Assembly (NCBI RefSeq): GCF_000020385.1
Contig: NC_010814.1
Coordinates: forward strand, 3,690,001 to 3,722,000
DNA: 32,000 nucleotides
Source of the DNA: Trichlorobacter lovleyi SZ
GTDB taxonomy: Bacteria; Desulfobacterota; Desulfuromonadia; Geobacterales; Pseudopelobacteraceae
Direction of reading: 5' to 3'
Numbering within the stretch: the first letter of the stretch is position 1; each line of letters begins with the position of its first letter. Made by a program: the position numbers and the translations under genes. Positions 1 to 8,936 of this stretch are shown here, piece by piece. Below the pieces are notes generated by a model, which saw nothing but the letters and a program-made list of their open reading frames with translations, made no database searches and was not told the origin of the DNA.

Positions 1-108
1 CGCATCAGGCCGGGTGTAGCTGGGGGCCATGGTGCAACCGGACAAGGCACCGGCCAGGAGTGCTGCACAAAAAACCGAAGCAACAGGAAATGACGCTCGT
101 TTTTTCAT
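1..108 (-). CDS. RND efflux outer-membrane factor lipoprotein (NodT/OprM-like); 5' end only, continues past the window start
   Basis: Reverse translation from the ATG at 106-108 gives MKKRASFPVASVFCAALLAGALSGCTMAPSYTRPDA. This is a signal peptide with lipobox LSGC followed by the APxYxRP motif typical of OMF lipoproteins. The gene starts 1 nt after the stop of the RND pump gene (TGA 110-112). It is absent from the ORF track because it is truncated. Confidence 0.7.
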   Translation of the reverse strand, partial: MKKRASFPVASVFCAALLAGALSGCTMAPSYTRPDA

Positions 109-109
109 A

Positions 110-3100
110 TCAGTGCCCCTCCTGTACAGCAGTCGGCAGTGCATGGCCCGCATCCTTTTTGTACTTCTTCCGCCCAAACAAGCGCGATACCATCACAAAG
201 AAAAACGGAATAAAGATCAGGTCAATAAAGGTGGCGGACAACAGACCGCCGGTTACCGCCGTGCCGATGGCGTTCTGGGCGGCCGCCCCCGCCCCTTTGG
301 TCAACGCCAGCGGCAGGGTGCCGAAGAAGAAGGCCAGCGAGGTCATGATAACCGGACGCAGCCGGATCTTGACTGCCGACAGGGTCGCATCAACCAGTTC
401 ATGCCCCTGATGCAGCTGCTCCTTGATAAACTGGATGATCAGGATCGCGTTCTTGGTGGAAAGCCCCACCGTGGTCAGCAATCCGATCTGCAAATAGACG
501 TCGTTGGGCAGCAAACGCAAGGTCACCGCAGTCACCGCACCCACCAGCCCCAGCGGCAGCATCAACAGGTTCACAAATGGGATGGTCCAGCTTTCATACA
601 GGGCCGCTACTGCCAGGAACACCACCAGGAGCGAGATGGCGTAAAGCGCGGGCGCCTGCGCCCCGGCGTTTTTCTCTTCATAGGAAAGGCCGGTCCATTC
701 ATAGCCAATACCGGACGGTAGTTTGGCCGCCATCTTTTCCATTTCGGCCATCGCCTCTCCGGTACTGATCCCGGCAGCTGCCTGCCCCATGATCTCAACC
801 GACGGAATACCGTTGTAACGTTCAAGACGGGGCGAACCGTACTGCCAGCGGGCCGTGGCAAAGGCCGAGAACGGAACCATATCCCCTTTATCATTGCGCA
901 CATACCATTTACCGATATCCTCAGGCAACATCCGGTACTTGGCATCGGCCTGCAGGTAGACCTTCTTGACCCGGCCATTTTCGATAAAGTCGTTGACATA
1001 GGAACTGCCCCAGACCGTAGCCAACACTTCGTTGATGCTGGCAAGAGAGACCCCCAATGCACCTGCCCGGACATCATCAATATCCAGCTTGAACTGGGGT
1101 GAATCATCCTGCCCGTTGGGACGTACCGCCACCAGCTTCTTGTTCTGCATGGCCATGCCCAAGAGCATGTTGCGGGCCTCCATCAGTTTATCATGGCCAA
1201 GACCGCCGCGATCCTGCAGCTGGAAGTCAAAACCGTTGGCCTGCCCCAACTCCACCACCGCCGGTGGTGAAAAGGCAAAGGCCAGGCCATCCTTGATCTT
1301 TGAGAAAGCCCCCATTGCGCGACCGGCAACGGCTGGCGCCTTCATATCTTTGGTTGGACGCAGCTTCCAGTCCTTCAATTTGACAAAGGCCAGGCCCATA
1401 TTCTGCCCACTACCGGCAAAGCTGAAGCCGGCCACGGTGATGATCGCCTCAACCGTCTTCTTTTCCTTTTCAAGAAAATGCTGCTCAAGCTGCTCGACCA
1501 CCTTCAGGGTTCGCTCCTGGGTAGCCCCGGCAGGCAGCTGCACCTGGCAGATGATAAAGCCCTGGTCTTCATCCGGCAGGAAGGCAGTCGGGAGACGGTG
1601 GAAGAAAAGCATCATGGCTGCCACGATGCAGCCGTACACCACCAGATAGCGGATCGGCTTGTTGAATGAGCGTCCGACAATTCCCTCATATTTCCCTCTG
1701 GCCCAGTCAAATTTGCGGTTAAACCAACGGAAGAATTTGCAGAACGGCCCGCACTCACCCGGTTCATGCCCCTTTTCAACCGGCTTCAACAGCGTTGAGC
1801 AGAGTGCCGGCGTTAGAATCAGGGCCACCAACACCGACAGGATCATGGCCGCGATGATGGTGATTGAAAACTGGCGGTAGATCACGCCGGTGGAGCCGCC
1901 AAAGAAGGCCATCGGCAGGAAGACCGCCGACAGTACCGTGGCGATACCCACCAGGGCGCTGGTGATCTGGCCCATGGATTTGATAGTGGCGTCGTGAGGC
2001 GACAATCCTTCTTCGGACATAATCCGCTCCACGTTTTCCACCACCACGATGGCGTCATCCACCAGCAGACCGATCACGATGACCAGCGCAAACATGGTCA
2101 GGGTGTTGATCGAGAATCCGGCGGCCGACAAGACCCCCATGGTACCCAGCAGCACCACCGGCACGGCAATGGTGGGAATCAGGGTGGCGCGGATATTCTG
2201 CAGGAACAGGAACATGATGATGAAGACCAGCAGCACCGCCTCCACCAGGGTATGCACCACCTCTTCGATCGAAATCTTGACAAACGGGGTGGTGTCATAG
2301 GGATAGACCACCTGCATGCCGGCCGGGAAAAACTTTGACAGTTCCGTCATCTTTGCCTTGACCCGGTTTGCGGTATCCAGGGCATTGGCCCCGGCTGCCA
2401 GACGGATCGCCATACCTGCCAGCGGTTTGCCTTTGTAGCGGGCCACGATGTCGTAATTTTCCGTACCGATCTTACTGACGGCAACATCCTTCAGCCGCAC
2501 CGTGGACCCATCCGGATTGGTACGCAGGATAACCGCATCAAACTGTTCGGCCGTCTGCAGCAGCGTCCGCGCCGTAATGGTGGCGTTCAACTGTTGTCCT
2601 TCGTTCGAGGGAGTGCCGCCGAACTGGCCGGCCGAGACCTGGGCGTTCTGGGCCTGCAGGGCGGTGACGACATCACTGCTGGTCAACTGATAACTATTCA
2701 GCTTTGACGGATTCAGCCAGATCCGCATGGCGTTCTGGGTACCGAACTGCTGCAGTTCGCCCACCCCCTCCACCCGGCTGACAATATCCTGCAGGTTGGA
2801 GACCATGTAGTCGGTCAGCTGGTGGCGGTCCATCGAGCCGTCTTCTGAGATCAGGCCGACGATCAGCAGGAAGTTTTTGGTGGACTTAACAACTTGAATT
2901 CCTTGCTTTTGCACCACCTGCGGCAGCAGCGGTGTAGCCAGCTGCAGCTTATTCTGCACCTGCACCTGAGCAATATTGGGATCGGTACCGGCCTTGAAGG
3001 TCAGGTTGATCGACACCGCACCGGCCGAGTCGCTGGTGGAGGACATGTAGATCAGGTTGTCGATGCCGTTCAGTTTCTGCTCGATCACCTGGGTGACGGT

Positions 3101-3277
3101 ATCCTGCACGGTCTGGGCAGAGGCACCCGGATAGACGGCGTTAATGGTAATCTGGGGCGGCGCGATGGGCGGATATTGTGAAACCGGCAACGTTTTGATT
3201 GCCAGCAGGCCGGCCAGCATCACCAGAATGGCAATGACCCAGGCAAAAATCGGTCTATCTATAAAAAACCTGGCCAT
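110..3277 (-). CDS. RND multidrug efflux permease, HAE1 family (AcrB/MexB-like)
   Basis: 1055-aa ORF. The N-terminus [27 protein letters not shown] and the overall length and layout are hallmark AcrB/MexB features. It lies between the MFP gene (12-nt gap) and the OMF gene (1-nt gap). Confidence 0.97.
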   Translation of the reverse strand: MARFFIDRPIFAWVIAILVMLAGLLAIKTLPVSQYPPIAPPQITINAVYPGASAQTVQDTVTQVIEQKLNGIDNLIYMSSTSDSAGAVSINLTFKAGTDPNIAQVQVQNKLQLATPLLPQVVQKQGIQVVKSTKNFLLIVGLISEDGSMDRHQLTDYMVSNLQDIVSRVEGVGELQQFGTQNAMRIWLNPSKLNSYQLTSSDVVTALQAQNAQVSAGQFGGTPSNEGQQLNATITARTLLQTAEQFDAVILRTNPDGSTVRLKDVAVSKIGTENYDIVARYKGKPLAGMAIRLAAGANALDTANRVKAKMTELSKFFPAGMQVVYPYDTTPFVKISIEEVVHTLVEAVLLVFIIMFLFLQNIRATLIPTIAVPVVLLGTMGVLSAAGFSINTLTMFALVIVIGLLVDDAIVVVENVERIMSEEGLSPHDATIKSMGQITSALVGIATVLSAVFLPMAFFGGSTGVIYRQFSITIIAAMILSVLVALILTPALCSTLLKPVEKGHEPGECGPFCKFFRWFNRKFDWARGKYEGIVGRSFNKPIRYLVVYGCIVAAMMLFFHRLPTAFLPDEDQGFIICQVQLPAGATQERTLKVVEQLEQHFLEKEKKTVEAIITVAGFSFAGSGQNMGLAFVKLKDWKLRPTKDMKAPAVAGRAMGAFSKIKDGLAFAFSPPAVVELGQANGFDFQLQDRGGLGHDKLMEARNMLLGMAMQNKKLVAVRPNGQDDSPQFKLDIDDVRAGALGVSLASINEVLATVWGSSYVNDFIENGRVKKVYLQADAKYRMLPEDIGKWYVRNDKGDMVPFSAFATARWQYGSPRLERYNGIPSVEIMGQAAAGISTGEAMAEMEKMAAKLPSGIGYEWTGLSYEEKNAGAQAPALYAISLLVVFLAVAALYESWTIPFVNLLMLPLGLVGAVTAVTLRLLPNDVYLQIGLLTTVGLSTKNAILIIQFIKEQLHQGHELVDATLSAVKIRLRPVIMTSLAFFFGTLPLALTKGAGAAAQNAIGTAVTGGLLSATFIDLIFIPFFFVMVSRLFGRKKYKKDAGHALPTAVQEGH

Positions 3278-3289
3278 GGATAGGCTCCT

Positions 3290-4489
3290 TTACTTTTTAG
3301 CTGCTGCAGGTTGCTGTTGCGGGCCAGGGGCTGCTGCCGGTTTTACGCCGAACGGCACTGCCTTGACCGGCGTACCGGGGCGAGCTTTCTGGAGTCCTTC
3401 CAGAATCACCCGGTCGCCCGGTTTCAAGCCATCGGATACCAGCCAGTTCTCGCCAACCGTCCGCACGACCTGAATCACTCGCGGCTCAACTTTTTCTTCA
3501 GCACCTACCATCATCACGACGGCATCCCCTTTGGGGTTACGGGTCACACCACGCTGAGGCACCAGCATCGCTTGCTCATTTACCCCCTCCTCCAGCACGG
3601 CCCGTACAAACATGCCGGGCAGCAGCACCTGTTTCGGGTTGGGAAATACCGCCCGTAAGGTGATGGAACCGGTACTCTGGTCAACCGTGACCTCGGAGAA
3701 TTTTAGGGTGCCGGGCAACGGATAGGGAGAACCGTCTTCCAGCACCAGCTTGACTCGGGCCTGGGCCGTCGCTGTATCCTTCTTCAGTACGCCACTGGCC
3801 AGAGTCTGCTTCAGCCGGAGCAGTTCGGCGCTTGATTGCGTCACATCCACATACATAGTGTCCAGTTTTTGGATAGTTGCCAGGGCAGTGGCCTGGTTGG
3901 CCGTCACCAGTGCGCCATCGGTAATTGACGAACGCCCGATCCGGCCTGAAATAGGCGCGGTGATCTTGGTATAGGCCAGGTTGATCCGGGCGGTCTCCAC
4001 TGCTGCCTTTGCGGCAGCAAGATCTGCCTCAGCCTGCTTGAGGGCTGCCTGGGCGTCGTCGTTATCCTGCTGGCTGACCGCCTTGATCTTGACCAGATCC
4101 TGATAGCGTTCCGCCTTCAGGCGAACCATACCCAAGGTTGCCTCGGCCCGTGCCTGGCTTGCCCGGGCACTGGCATGGGCAGCTTCATAGCTGGCCGGAT
4201 CGATCTGGTACAGCACCTGACCTGCCTTGACGTCGCTGCCTTCGGTGAAGAGGCGCTTCTTGATGATACCGCCCACCTGGGGACGGACCTCGGCAATCAG
4301 ATGTGGAGCGGTTCGACCGGACAGTTCGGTTGTCAACGCTACACGCTGGGGCTGAACCGTGATGACACCAACCTCCGGTGGCCCTGAAGGCGGCATGGCA
4401 GCCTGCTTTTTACCGCAGGCCGCTGTGGTAAGTCCTACTGCCACCAACACTACGGCAGTCATCAGTCGTACATAGCTGGTTTGTTTCAT
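3290..4489 (-). CDS. RND efflux membrane fusion protein (AcrA/MexA-like lipoprotein)
   Basis: From ORF 3290-4513. The preferred start is ATG 4487-4489 (MKQTSYVRLMTAVVLVAVGLTTAAC, a lipoprotein signal), preceded by GAGGTG. HlyD-type segments are present (YQIDPASYEAAHASARASQARAEA, INLAYTKITAPISGRIG). Confidence 0.93.
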   Translation of the reverse strand: MKQTSYVRLMTAVVLVAVGLTTAACGKKQAAMPPSGPPEVGVITVQPQRVALTTELSGRTAPHLIAEVRPQVGGIIKKRLFTEGSDVKAGQVLYQIDPASYEAAHASARASQARAEATLGMVRLKAERYQDLVKIKAVSQQDNDDAQAALKQAEADLAAAKAAVETARINLAYTKITAPISGRIGRSSITDGALVTANQATALATIQKLDTMYVDVTQSSAELLRLKQTLASGVLKKDTATAQARVKLVLEDGSPYPLPGTLKFSEVTVDQSTGSITLRAVFPNPKQVLLPGMFVRAVLEEGVNEQAMLVPQRGVTRNPKGDAVVMMVGAEEKVEPRVIQVVRTVGENWLVSDGLKPGDRVILEGLQKARPGTPVKAVPFGVKPAAAPGPQQQPAAAKK

Positions 4490-4518
4490 GGGCTGCACCT
4501 CACAGTTAGTCATACTTT

Positions 4519-4536
4519 AAATGAATGATTATTCAC
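4519..4536. promoter_or_regulatory. Candidate TetR operator 1 (AAATGAATGATTATTCAC; palindromic core TGAAT-N4-ATTCA) between the tetR stop and the MFP start
   Basis: Shares AAATGAATGAT-NN-TTCA with the site at 5152-5173. Imperfect dyad symmetry is seen directly in the sequence. Confidence 0.45.
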
Positions 4537-4548
4537 AATCACACAATC

Positions 4549-5133
4549 TTAACGCTTCAGAGAATCCCAGCAGGCTCCAGCGATCTGTTCAATCAGCGTA
4601 TCATCAAGCTGGATAAAACCGAGGATATGGTTACGGGCCACCGAAATAATCGGACCAAAAGCAAGATCGAACAACACCACCCGCGGCAGATCCTTGATTA
4701 CCTGCTGTGCCACTCCTTGGGTAAACAGCTCACTGTAAATACAGCAGCAGCTCTCGGACTCAGTCTGACCCAGCATGCGGTCGCGCCGGAATGCCACACC
4801 ATACGGAGAATGATGGAATTGCTCGATATATTTAAATTCAAGCGGTGCTGCGATGAAGAACTTCAGCAAGCCGCGAACCACATGCAGAAACCGCTCTCGA
4901 AAGGGCATTTCCTCTGAATAACCTTCCAGCAAAGCGGTATTAATCCGATTTTCAAGGGAAAGGTACAGTTCATTGATCAAAACGTCCTTATTCTCAAAGT
5001 AGCGATAGATAGTCCCTGTCGCTACCCCGGCCTGTTCGGCAATGGCCGCGCAGGGGGCACCATGAAAGCCATGGATGGCAACCAGCTCAAGCGTCGCCTG
5101 CAGCAATAGTTCACGCTTATCATCTTTTGCCAT
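4549..5133 (-). CDS. TetR/AcrR-family transcriptional repressor, first gene of the efflux operon
   Basis: TetR_N helix-turn-helix GFHGAPCAAIAEQAGVATGTIYRYFENKD. The start was set at ATG 5131-5133 (MAKDDKRELL), which has a GGAGGG SD 8 nt upstream. The ORF-track start at 5169 is an upstream extension that covers the candidate operator. Confidence 0.9.
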   Translation of the reverse strand: MAKDDKRELLLQATLELVAIHGFHGAPCAAIAEQAGVATGTIYRYFENKDVLINELYLSLENRINTALLEGYSEEMPFRERFLHVVRGLLKFFIAAPLEFKYIEQFHHSPYGVAFRRDRMLGQTESESCCCIYSELFTQGVAQQVIKDLPRVVLFDLAFGPIISVARNHILGFIQLDDTLIEQIAGACWDSLKR

Positions 5134-5151
5134 TACATAGCCCTCCCCAGG

Positions 5152-5173
5152 AAATGAATGATCGTTCATTCAC
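5152..5173. promoter_or_regulatory. Candidate TetR operator 2 (AAATGAATGATCGTTCATTCAC; 16/18 palindrome AATGAATGATCGTTCATT)
   Basis: Lies 19-40 nt upstream of the tetR start. The same 11-mer AAATGAATGAT and downstream TTCA occur at 4519-4536. Confidence 0.45.
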
Positions 5174-5385
5174 TACGCTTTTATGGTGCCACGGTCAAGC
5201 AGAAATTTTACACCACGAAGTACTGTCATCACCTTCTCTACAACAGGCCTGTGAAGATGGTATGAACTGATTGTGAATTTTTCAGAAAGATGCGCCGTAT
5301 CCGGCAACCTGCAGACTGACTGTCTAACCACCGAATGTACTGCTGCATCAAACCTTCAGCATTGTTGCAGGGCTAAAATTCCTGC

Positions 5386-5417
5386 TTGTCTTTAACAAGT
5401 GACCAGTCGTATATTAA
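5386..5417 (+). promoter_or_regulatory. Putative sigma70 promoter TTGTCT-N18-TATATT with a GACCAGTC motif in the spacer; the predicted TSS is about at the ATG at 5422 (possible leaderless mRNA)
   Basis: -35 TTGTCT at 5386-5391 and -10 TATATT at 5410-5415. No SD precedes ATG 5422. The layout mirrors the element at 6025-6056. Confidence 0.35.
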
Positions 5418-5421
5418 GAAT

Positions 5422-6018
5422 ATGAGTCGTCCAAAAAATCCTGATATGATCCGCTCACGCCTGTTGGATGCCGGATTAGCCGCCTTTGCCAAGCGAGGCT
5501 ACCACGGTACCGGCATCAAAGAGATTGTGGATACCGCCCAGATCCCCAAAGGCTCGTTCTACAACTACTTCAAGAGCAAGGAAGAGTTCGGTCTGGCAAT
5601 CGTGCTGCGCCACTCAGAAGAGTTCTGGCAAAAATGGCATGACAGCATTGATGCACCCCTGTCAGATCCGCTCGCTGCCCTACGCAGCTGTTTTAACATC
5701 ATGTTGACTGAACACCTCTGCTGCGCAGTCAACACCTGTAGCGTGGTCGTCCATCTGGCCGGTGAGATCTGTGAAAGCAGCGAACTCTGCCGCTCCACCA
5801 TGAGTGCCGTAGTACAGGAATGGTCTGAAAATCTTGCTGTGGTCATTCGGCAGGCGCAACAAGCGGGAACCGTACGACAGGATATTGATGCGCTTCAATT
5901 GGCCACACTCTTTTGGGATGCCTGGCTGGGGGCGATGCAGCGGATGAAGATGTACGATTCTGTGTCACCACTCAATCAACTGGTGGAGCTGATGTTTGGC
6001 ACTCTTTTAAAGGCGTAA
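5422..6018 (+). CDS. TetR-family transcriptional regulator (second, divergent)
   Basis: HTH RGYHGTGIKEIVDTAQIPKGSFYNYFKSKEEF. The ORF track starts at a TTG at 5386; ATG 5422 (MSRPKNPDMIRSRLLDAG) is preferred because the typical TetR N-terminus begins there. Confidence 0.85.
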   Translation: MSRPKNPDMIRSRLLDAGLAAFAKRGYHGTGIKEIVDTAQIPKGSFYNYFKSKEEFGLAIVLRHSEEFWQKWHDSIDAPLSDPLAALRSCFNIMLTEHLCCAVNTCSVVVHLAGEICESSELCRSTMSAVVQEWSENLAVVIRQAQQAGTVRQDIDALQLATLFWDAWLGAMQRMKMYDSVSPLNQLVELMFGTLLKA

Positions 6019-6024
6019 TTTTTT

Positions 6025-6056
6025 TTGCTTACACTTAAGACGACCGGTCATATTAA
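6025..6056 (+). promoter_or_regulatory. Putative promoter TTGCTT-N18-CATATT with the perfect palindrome GACCGGTC in the spacer, upstream of the motB-like gene
   Basis: GACCGGTC at 6043-6050 is followed by ATATTAA, the same arrangement as GACCAGTC..ATATTAA at 5401-5417. The SD AAAGGTGA follows. Confidence 0.35.
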
Positions 6057-6067
6057 AAGGTGACGCC

Positions 6068-6910
6068 ATGGCCATCAAACGAGAACCTGAAAAGCATGCC
6101 AACCATGAACGCTGGCTGGTCTCCTACGGCGATTTTTTAACCCTGCTGTTTGCCGTCTTTGTCGCCATGTATGCCATGGGACAGACCGACAAGAAAAAAG
6201 CTGAAGAACTAACCCAGTCTCTGCGGGAATCATTCGGTTACTCAACCCAGGCATCTGCAGGCCAAAAAGGTGTACTGCAATCCCATGACATCAAACCGAT
6301 ACCGGCCATCAAACCTGAAATGGCAGTCATTCCAATCACAGACAGGATGCCTCCGGCCGGACCGCGGCAGGGGAACGTCGGTGGAGGAGCCGGTTCAAGA
6401 CAGATGGCCGGAGAAAAGGAATTCCGTGAAATGGCCTCTGCGATAGAGGCCTATCTGGTCAAGCAGGGGTTCCAGAACAAGGTGGCGCTCTCAATTACTC
6501 AGCGGGGGCTGGTGATCAGCTTGAAAGAGGCCGGTTTTTTTGATTCAGGAAGTGCCAAGCTTAAAAGTGAGTCCATCCAGACCCTGCGGGGAATTGCTGA
6601 TACGCTCAGCCGCTATGCCAATCGATTCCGTGTGGAAGGGCATACCGATTCGATGCCGATCCGTTCAACAGAATTCCGCTCGAATTGGGAGCTTTCAACT
6701 GCCCGGGCCACCAATGTGATCCATTTTTTGATTGATTCAGCCGGTTTCAGTCCTGAATCGCTATCTGCAGTGGGGTATGGAGAATTTCAACCGGTTGTTG
6801 ACAACAGTACTGCGGAGCAACGGGCAAAAAACAGGCGGGTGGATATCGTGCTGCTGGCCGATGAGGCTGCGGTGGGGGAGGCGCGACCGGAAATTATGAA
6901 CCACCGCTGA
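6068..6910 (+). CDS. MotB/OmpA-family protein (N-terminal MotB-type TM plug, C-terminal OmpA-like peptidoglycan-binding domain)
   Basis: N-terminus ERWLVSYGDFLTLLFAVFVAMYAM (MotB-like). C-terminus RVEGHTDSMPI..NWELSTARATNV..NRRVDIVL (OmpA_C motif). There is no motA in the window. Confidence 0.85.
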   Translation: MAIKREPEKHANHERWLVSYGDFLTLLFAVFVAMYAMGQTDKKKAEELTQSLRESFGYSTQASAGQKGVLQSHDIKPIPAIKPEMAVIPITDRMPPAGPRQGNVGGGAGSRQMAGEKEFREMASAIEAYLVKQGFQNKVALSITQRGLVISLKEAGFFDSGSAKLKSESIQTLRGIADTLSRYANRFRVEGHTDSMPIRSTEFRSNWELSTARATNVIHFLIDSAGFSPESLSAVGYGEFQPVVDNSTAEQRAKNRRVDIVLLADEAAVGEARPEIMNHR

Positions 6911-6951
6911 ACCAGGAAGGACTTCCGTCTTGGACGATCTAACACAGCTAT

Positions 6952-8655
6952 TTATACCTGCGCCCCCTGCGTACCTTCGCCAGCAATAGCAGCAAACCAG
7001 ACATACCGGTTACGCCCGCTCTGTTTGGCTTTGTAGAGCGCTTTATCAGCGAATGCAACCAGGCTCTCGGGGTCGGTGCAATCTTCAGGATAGAGTGCGA
7101 TACCGATACTGGTACCGACTTGAGCCTGCTGTCCAGCGATTGAAAATGGGCGTGAAATCGCCTGAATCACCTTGTCTGCCACAGAATCGACATCTTGATG
7201 GCTTGTAATGTTCAGTAAAAGCAGGATAAATTCATCACCACCAAGTCTTGCAACCGTATCAGATTTCCGTACTGCCTCTTGTAGCCGACCTGAAACCTGC
7301 TTTAACAGTTGATCTCCGACCTCATGGCCAAGGGTGTCGTTAACCGCCTTGAAATGATCCAGATCCAGAAATAAAACTGCAACTTTACCGGCGTTCCTGT
7401 CAGCAGAAGCAATAGACTGGTTCAAACGGTCTTCAAGCAATCGACGGTTAGGCAGGCCGGTTAACGCATCCCTGAATGCCATAGCGTGAACCAATGCAGC
7501 TGTTTCCTCTCGCTGCAGGGCGTTGAGCGCAACTTGCCGGGCAAGAAAAGCCAAAAGCACAATCAGGACAGATGAAATAAGCAACAATATCTTCCTGAAT
7601 CCGTACAATTTTGTCCGAACAATTTCAGGAGATACAAAACTGACCATTTTCCAATAATAGGTGTCTGACTGTACCTGAGTCATGCTTCTGCCGGTTGCTG
7701 CAGTGTTTCCGGTACTTGAGACCTGCCCCGTCTGCAAAGGATAGATGGTTGAAAAAGTAAACAGACCTTTATCAGTTAAAATTTGACCATCCTGATTTTG
7801 CGTGCATTCCTTCCATGCTGCAGGAAATTGCTTGCCAATGACTGCCTCCTTCCGTTCAGGAAGCATGAACCCCCATTCATCCTCAGAGCACAACCCCTTC
7901 AGCCAGTAACCTTCGGAGTTAAGCAAGGCAAGTTGGGAACCGTTTTTACTGGAATATTTATCCAAGGTTTTCAGCAGTTGATTGCCCAGATAATTAAGCA
8001 CGATAACACCACGTTTTTGCCCTTTTTTGTCAAAGACAGGAGTGCCAAACCGGATCATCGGCTTCAGAGGGTACTCAATCGTGTTACCTTCAATGTTGAG
8101 GTCAAATGGCGAGACATATACATCTCCCCGCTCCAGCCGGAGTGTGTCTTCAAAGTAGTAACGCTTTGCTTTGGATTGCAACTGATCCGTGGGGACCGTA
8201 ACGGCAGTTTTCCCATCAAAATTGATTCTGATGACCTCCATCCCTGAACTGTCAAGATACCGTATCTGGTCATACACTTTACGATGTTTGGAAAACAGAA
8301 GAATATTCTCAGTCAGACTGGCAGGAGCGGTTCCTCCTGACGTAAGATATTCTTGCAGTTGAGGGAGGTTTGCCAGATAGAACAGATCAGAGTTGACATT
8401 CTGCAATTCATCCCGGACAGCCTGGCTGACCAGCTTTGTCAGATTCTTTTCACTGCTATACAAAATGGCCTTTTGACTACGTACATCAATTGACCAAAGC
8501 AGGCTGATAACTATGGCAAGCACAAGAAGCAAAGGGACAAAAACCTTCAAGAAGTTTTTGGTATAGGCCCCTTTGGGTAAGGGATGGGCAGAACCTGCAG
8601 CATCTGTCATACACCTGTTTTTCAAGTAGGCAACTCCTTGTCTATTCTGTTTCAA
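6952..8655 (-). CDS. Membrane diguanylate cyclase with a large periplasmic (Cache-like) sensor domain; GGDEF with an RxxD I-site
   Basis: Layout is TM, about 290-aa extracytoplasmic region, TM, then a GGDEF domain (RKSDTVARLGGDEFILLL). The start is uncertain: TTG 8655 in the ORF track, TTG 8625 with an AAGGAG SD, or ATG 8610. Confidence 0.9.
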   Translation of the reverse strand: MKQNRQGVAYLKNRCMTDAAGSAHPLPKGAYTKNFLKVFVPLLLVLAIVISLLWSIDVRSQKAILYSSEKNLTKLVSQAVRDELQNVNSDLFYLANLPQLQEYLTSGGTAPASLTENILLFSKHRKVYDQIRYLDSSGMEVIRINFDGKTAVTVPTDQLQSKAKRYYFEDTLRLERGDVYVSPFDLNIEGNTIEYPLKPMIRFGTPVFDKKGQKRGVIVLNYLGNQLLKTLDKYSSKNGSQLALLNSEGYWLKGLCSEDEWGFMLPERKEAVIGKQFPAAWKECTQNQDGQILTDKGLFTFSTIYPLQTGQVSSTGNTAATGRSMTQVQSDTYYWKMVSFVSPEIVRTKLYGFRKILLLISSVLIVLLAFLARQVALNALQREETAALVHAMAFRDALTGLPNRRLLEDRLNQSIASADRNAGKVAVLFLDLDHFKAVNDTLGHEVGDQLLKQVSGRLQEAVRKSDTVARLGGDEFILLLLNITSHQDVDSVADKVIQAISRPFSIAGQQAQVGTSIGIALYPEDCTDPESLVAFADKALYKAKQSGRNRYVWFAAIAGEGTQGAQV

Positions 8656-8880
8656 ATTCAGGAGACAGCCATACGCATCCCCTGCAATGAAAGCAGATTA
8701 CGCCTTCTGCAAGAGAACAGTCAAAATATTTAAATCCGTATCGAAGCACAATCTGAATTGTGGCAGGGCGCAAAAGCGGTAGACTATTTCATCCGAAATG
8801 CAACCTACACCCATCTAGATTATGGAACAGGCTGTTCTGCTATCCGTGTGGCTGATCATAAAATCAACACCTACCTTTTT

Positions 8881-8912
8881 TCAAAACGACAAAAGGCCGG
8901 GTTTCCCCGGCC
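8881..8912 (-). terminator. Rho-independent terminator downstream of typA
   Basis: Stem GGCCGGG (8895-8901) pairs with CCCGGCC (8906-8912) around a 4-nt loop. On the minus strand it is followed by TTTTGTCGTTTTG. Confidence 0.75.
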
Positions 8913-8936
8913 TTTTCAGCTACTCTATCATCTCTA

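Noticed and set aside
29-721. A 230-aa plus-strand ORF, and several other ORFs of 60-200 aa, antisense to the RND pump gene.
   Set aside because: They lie entirely inside a confidently identified AcrB-like gene. Their composition is Arg/Gln/Gly/His-rich and low-complexity, and they have no SD. These are typical shadow ORFs of GC-rich coding DNA.
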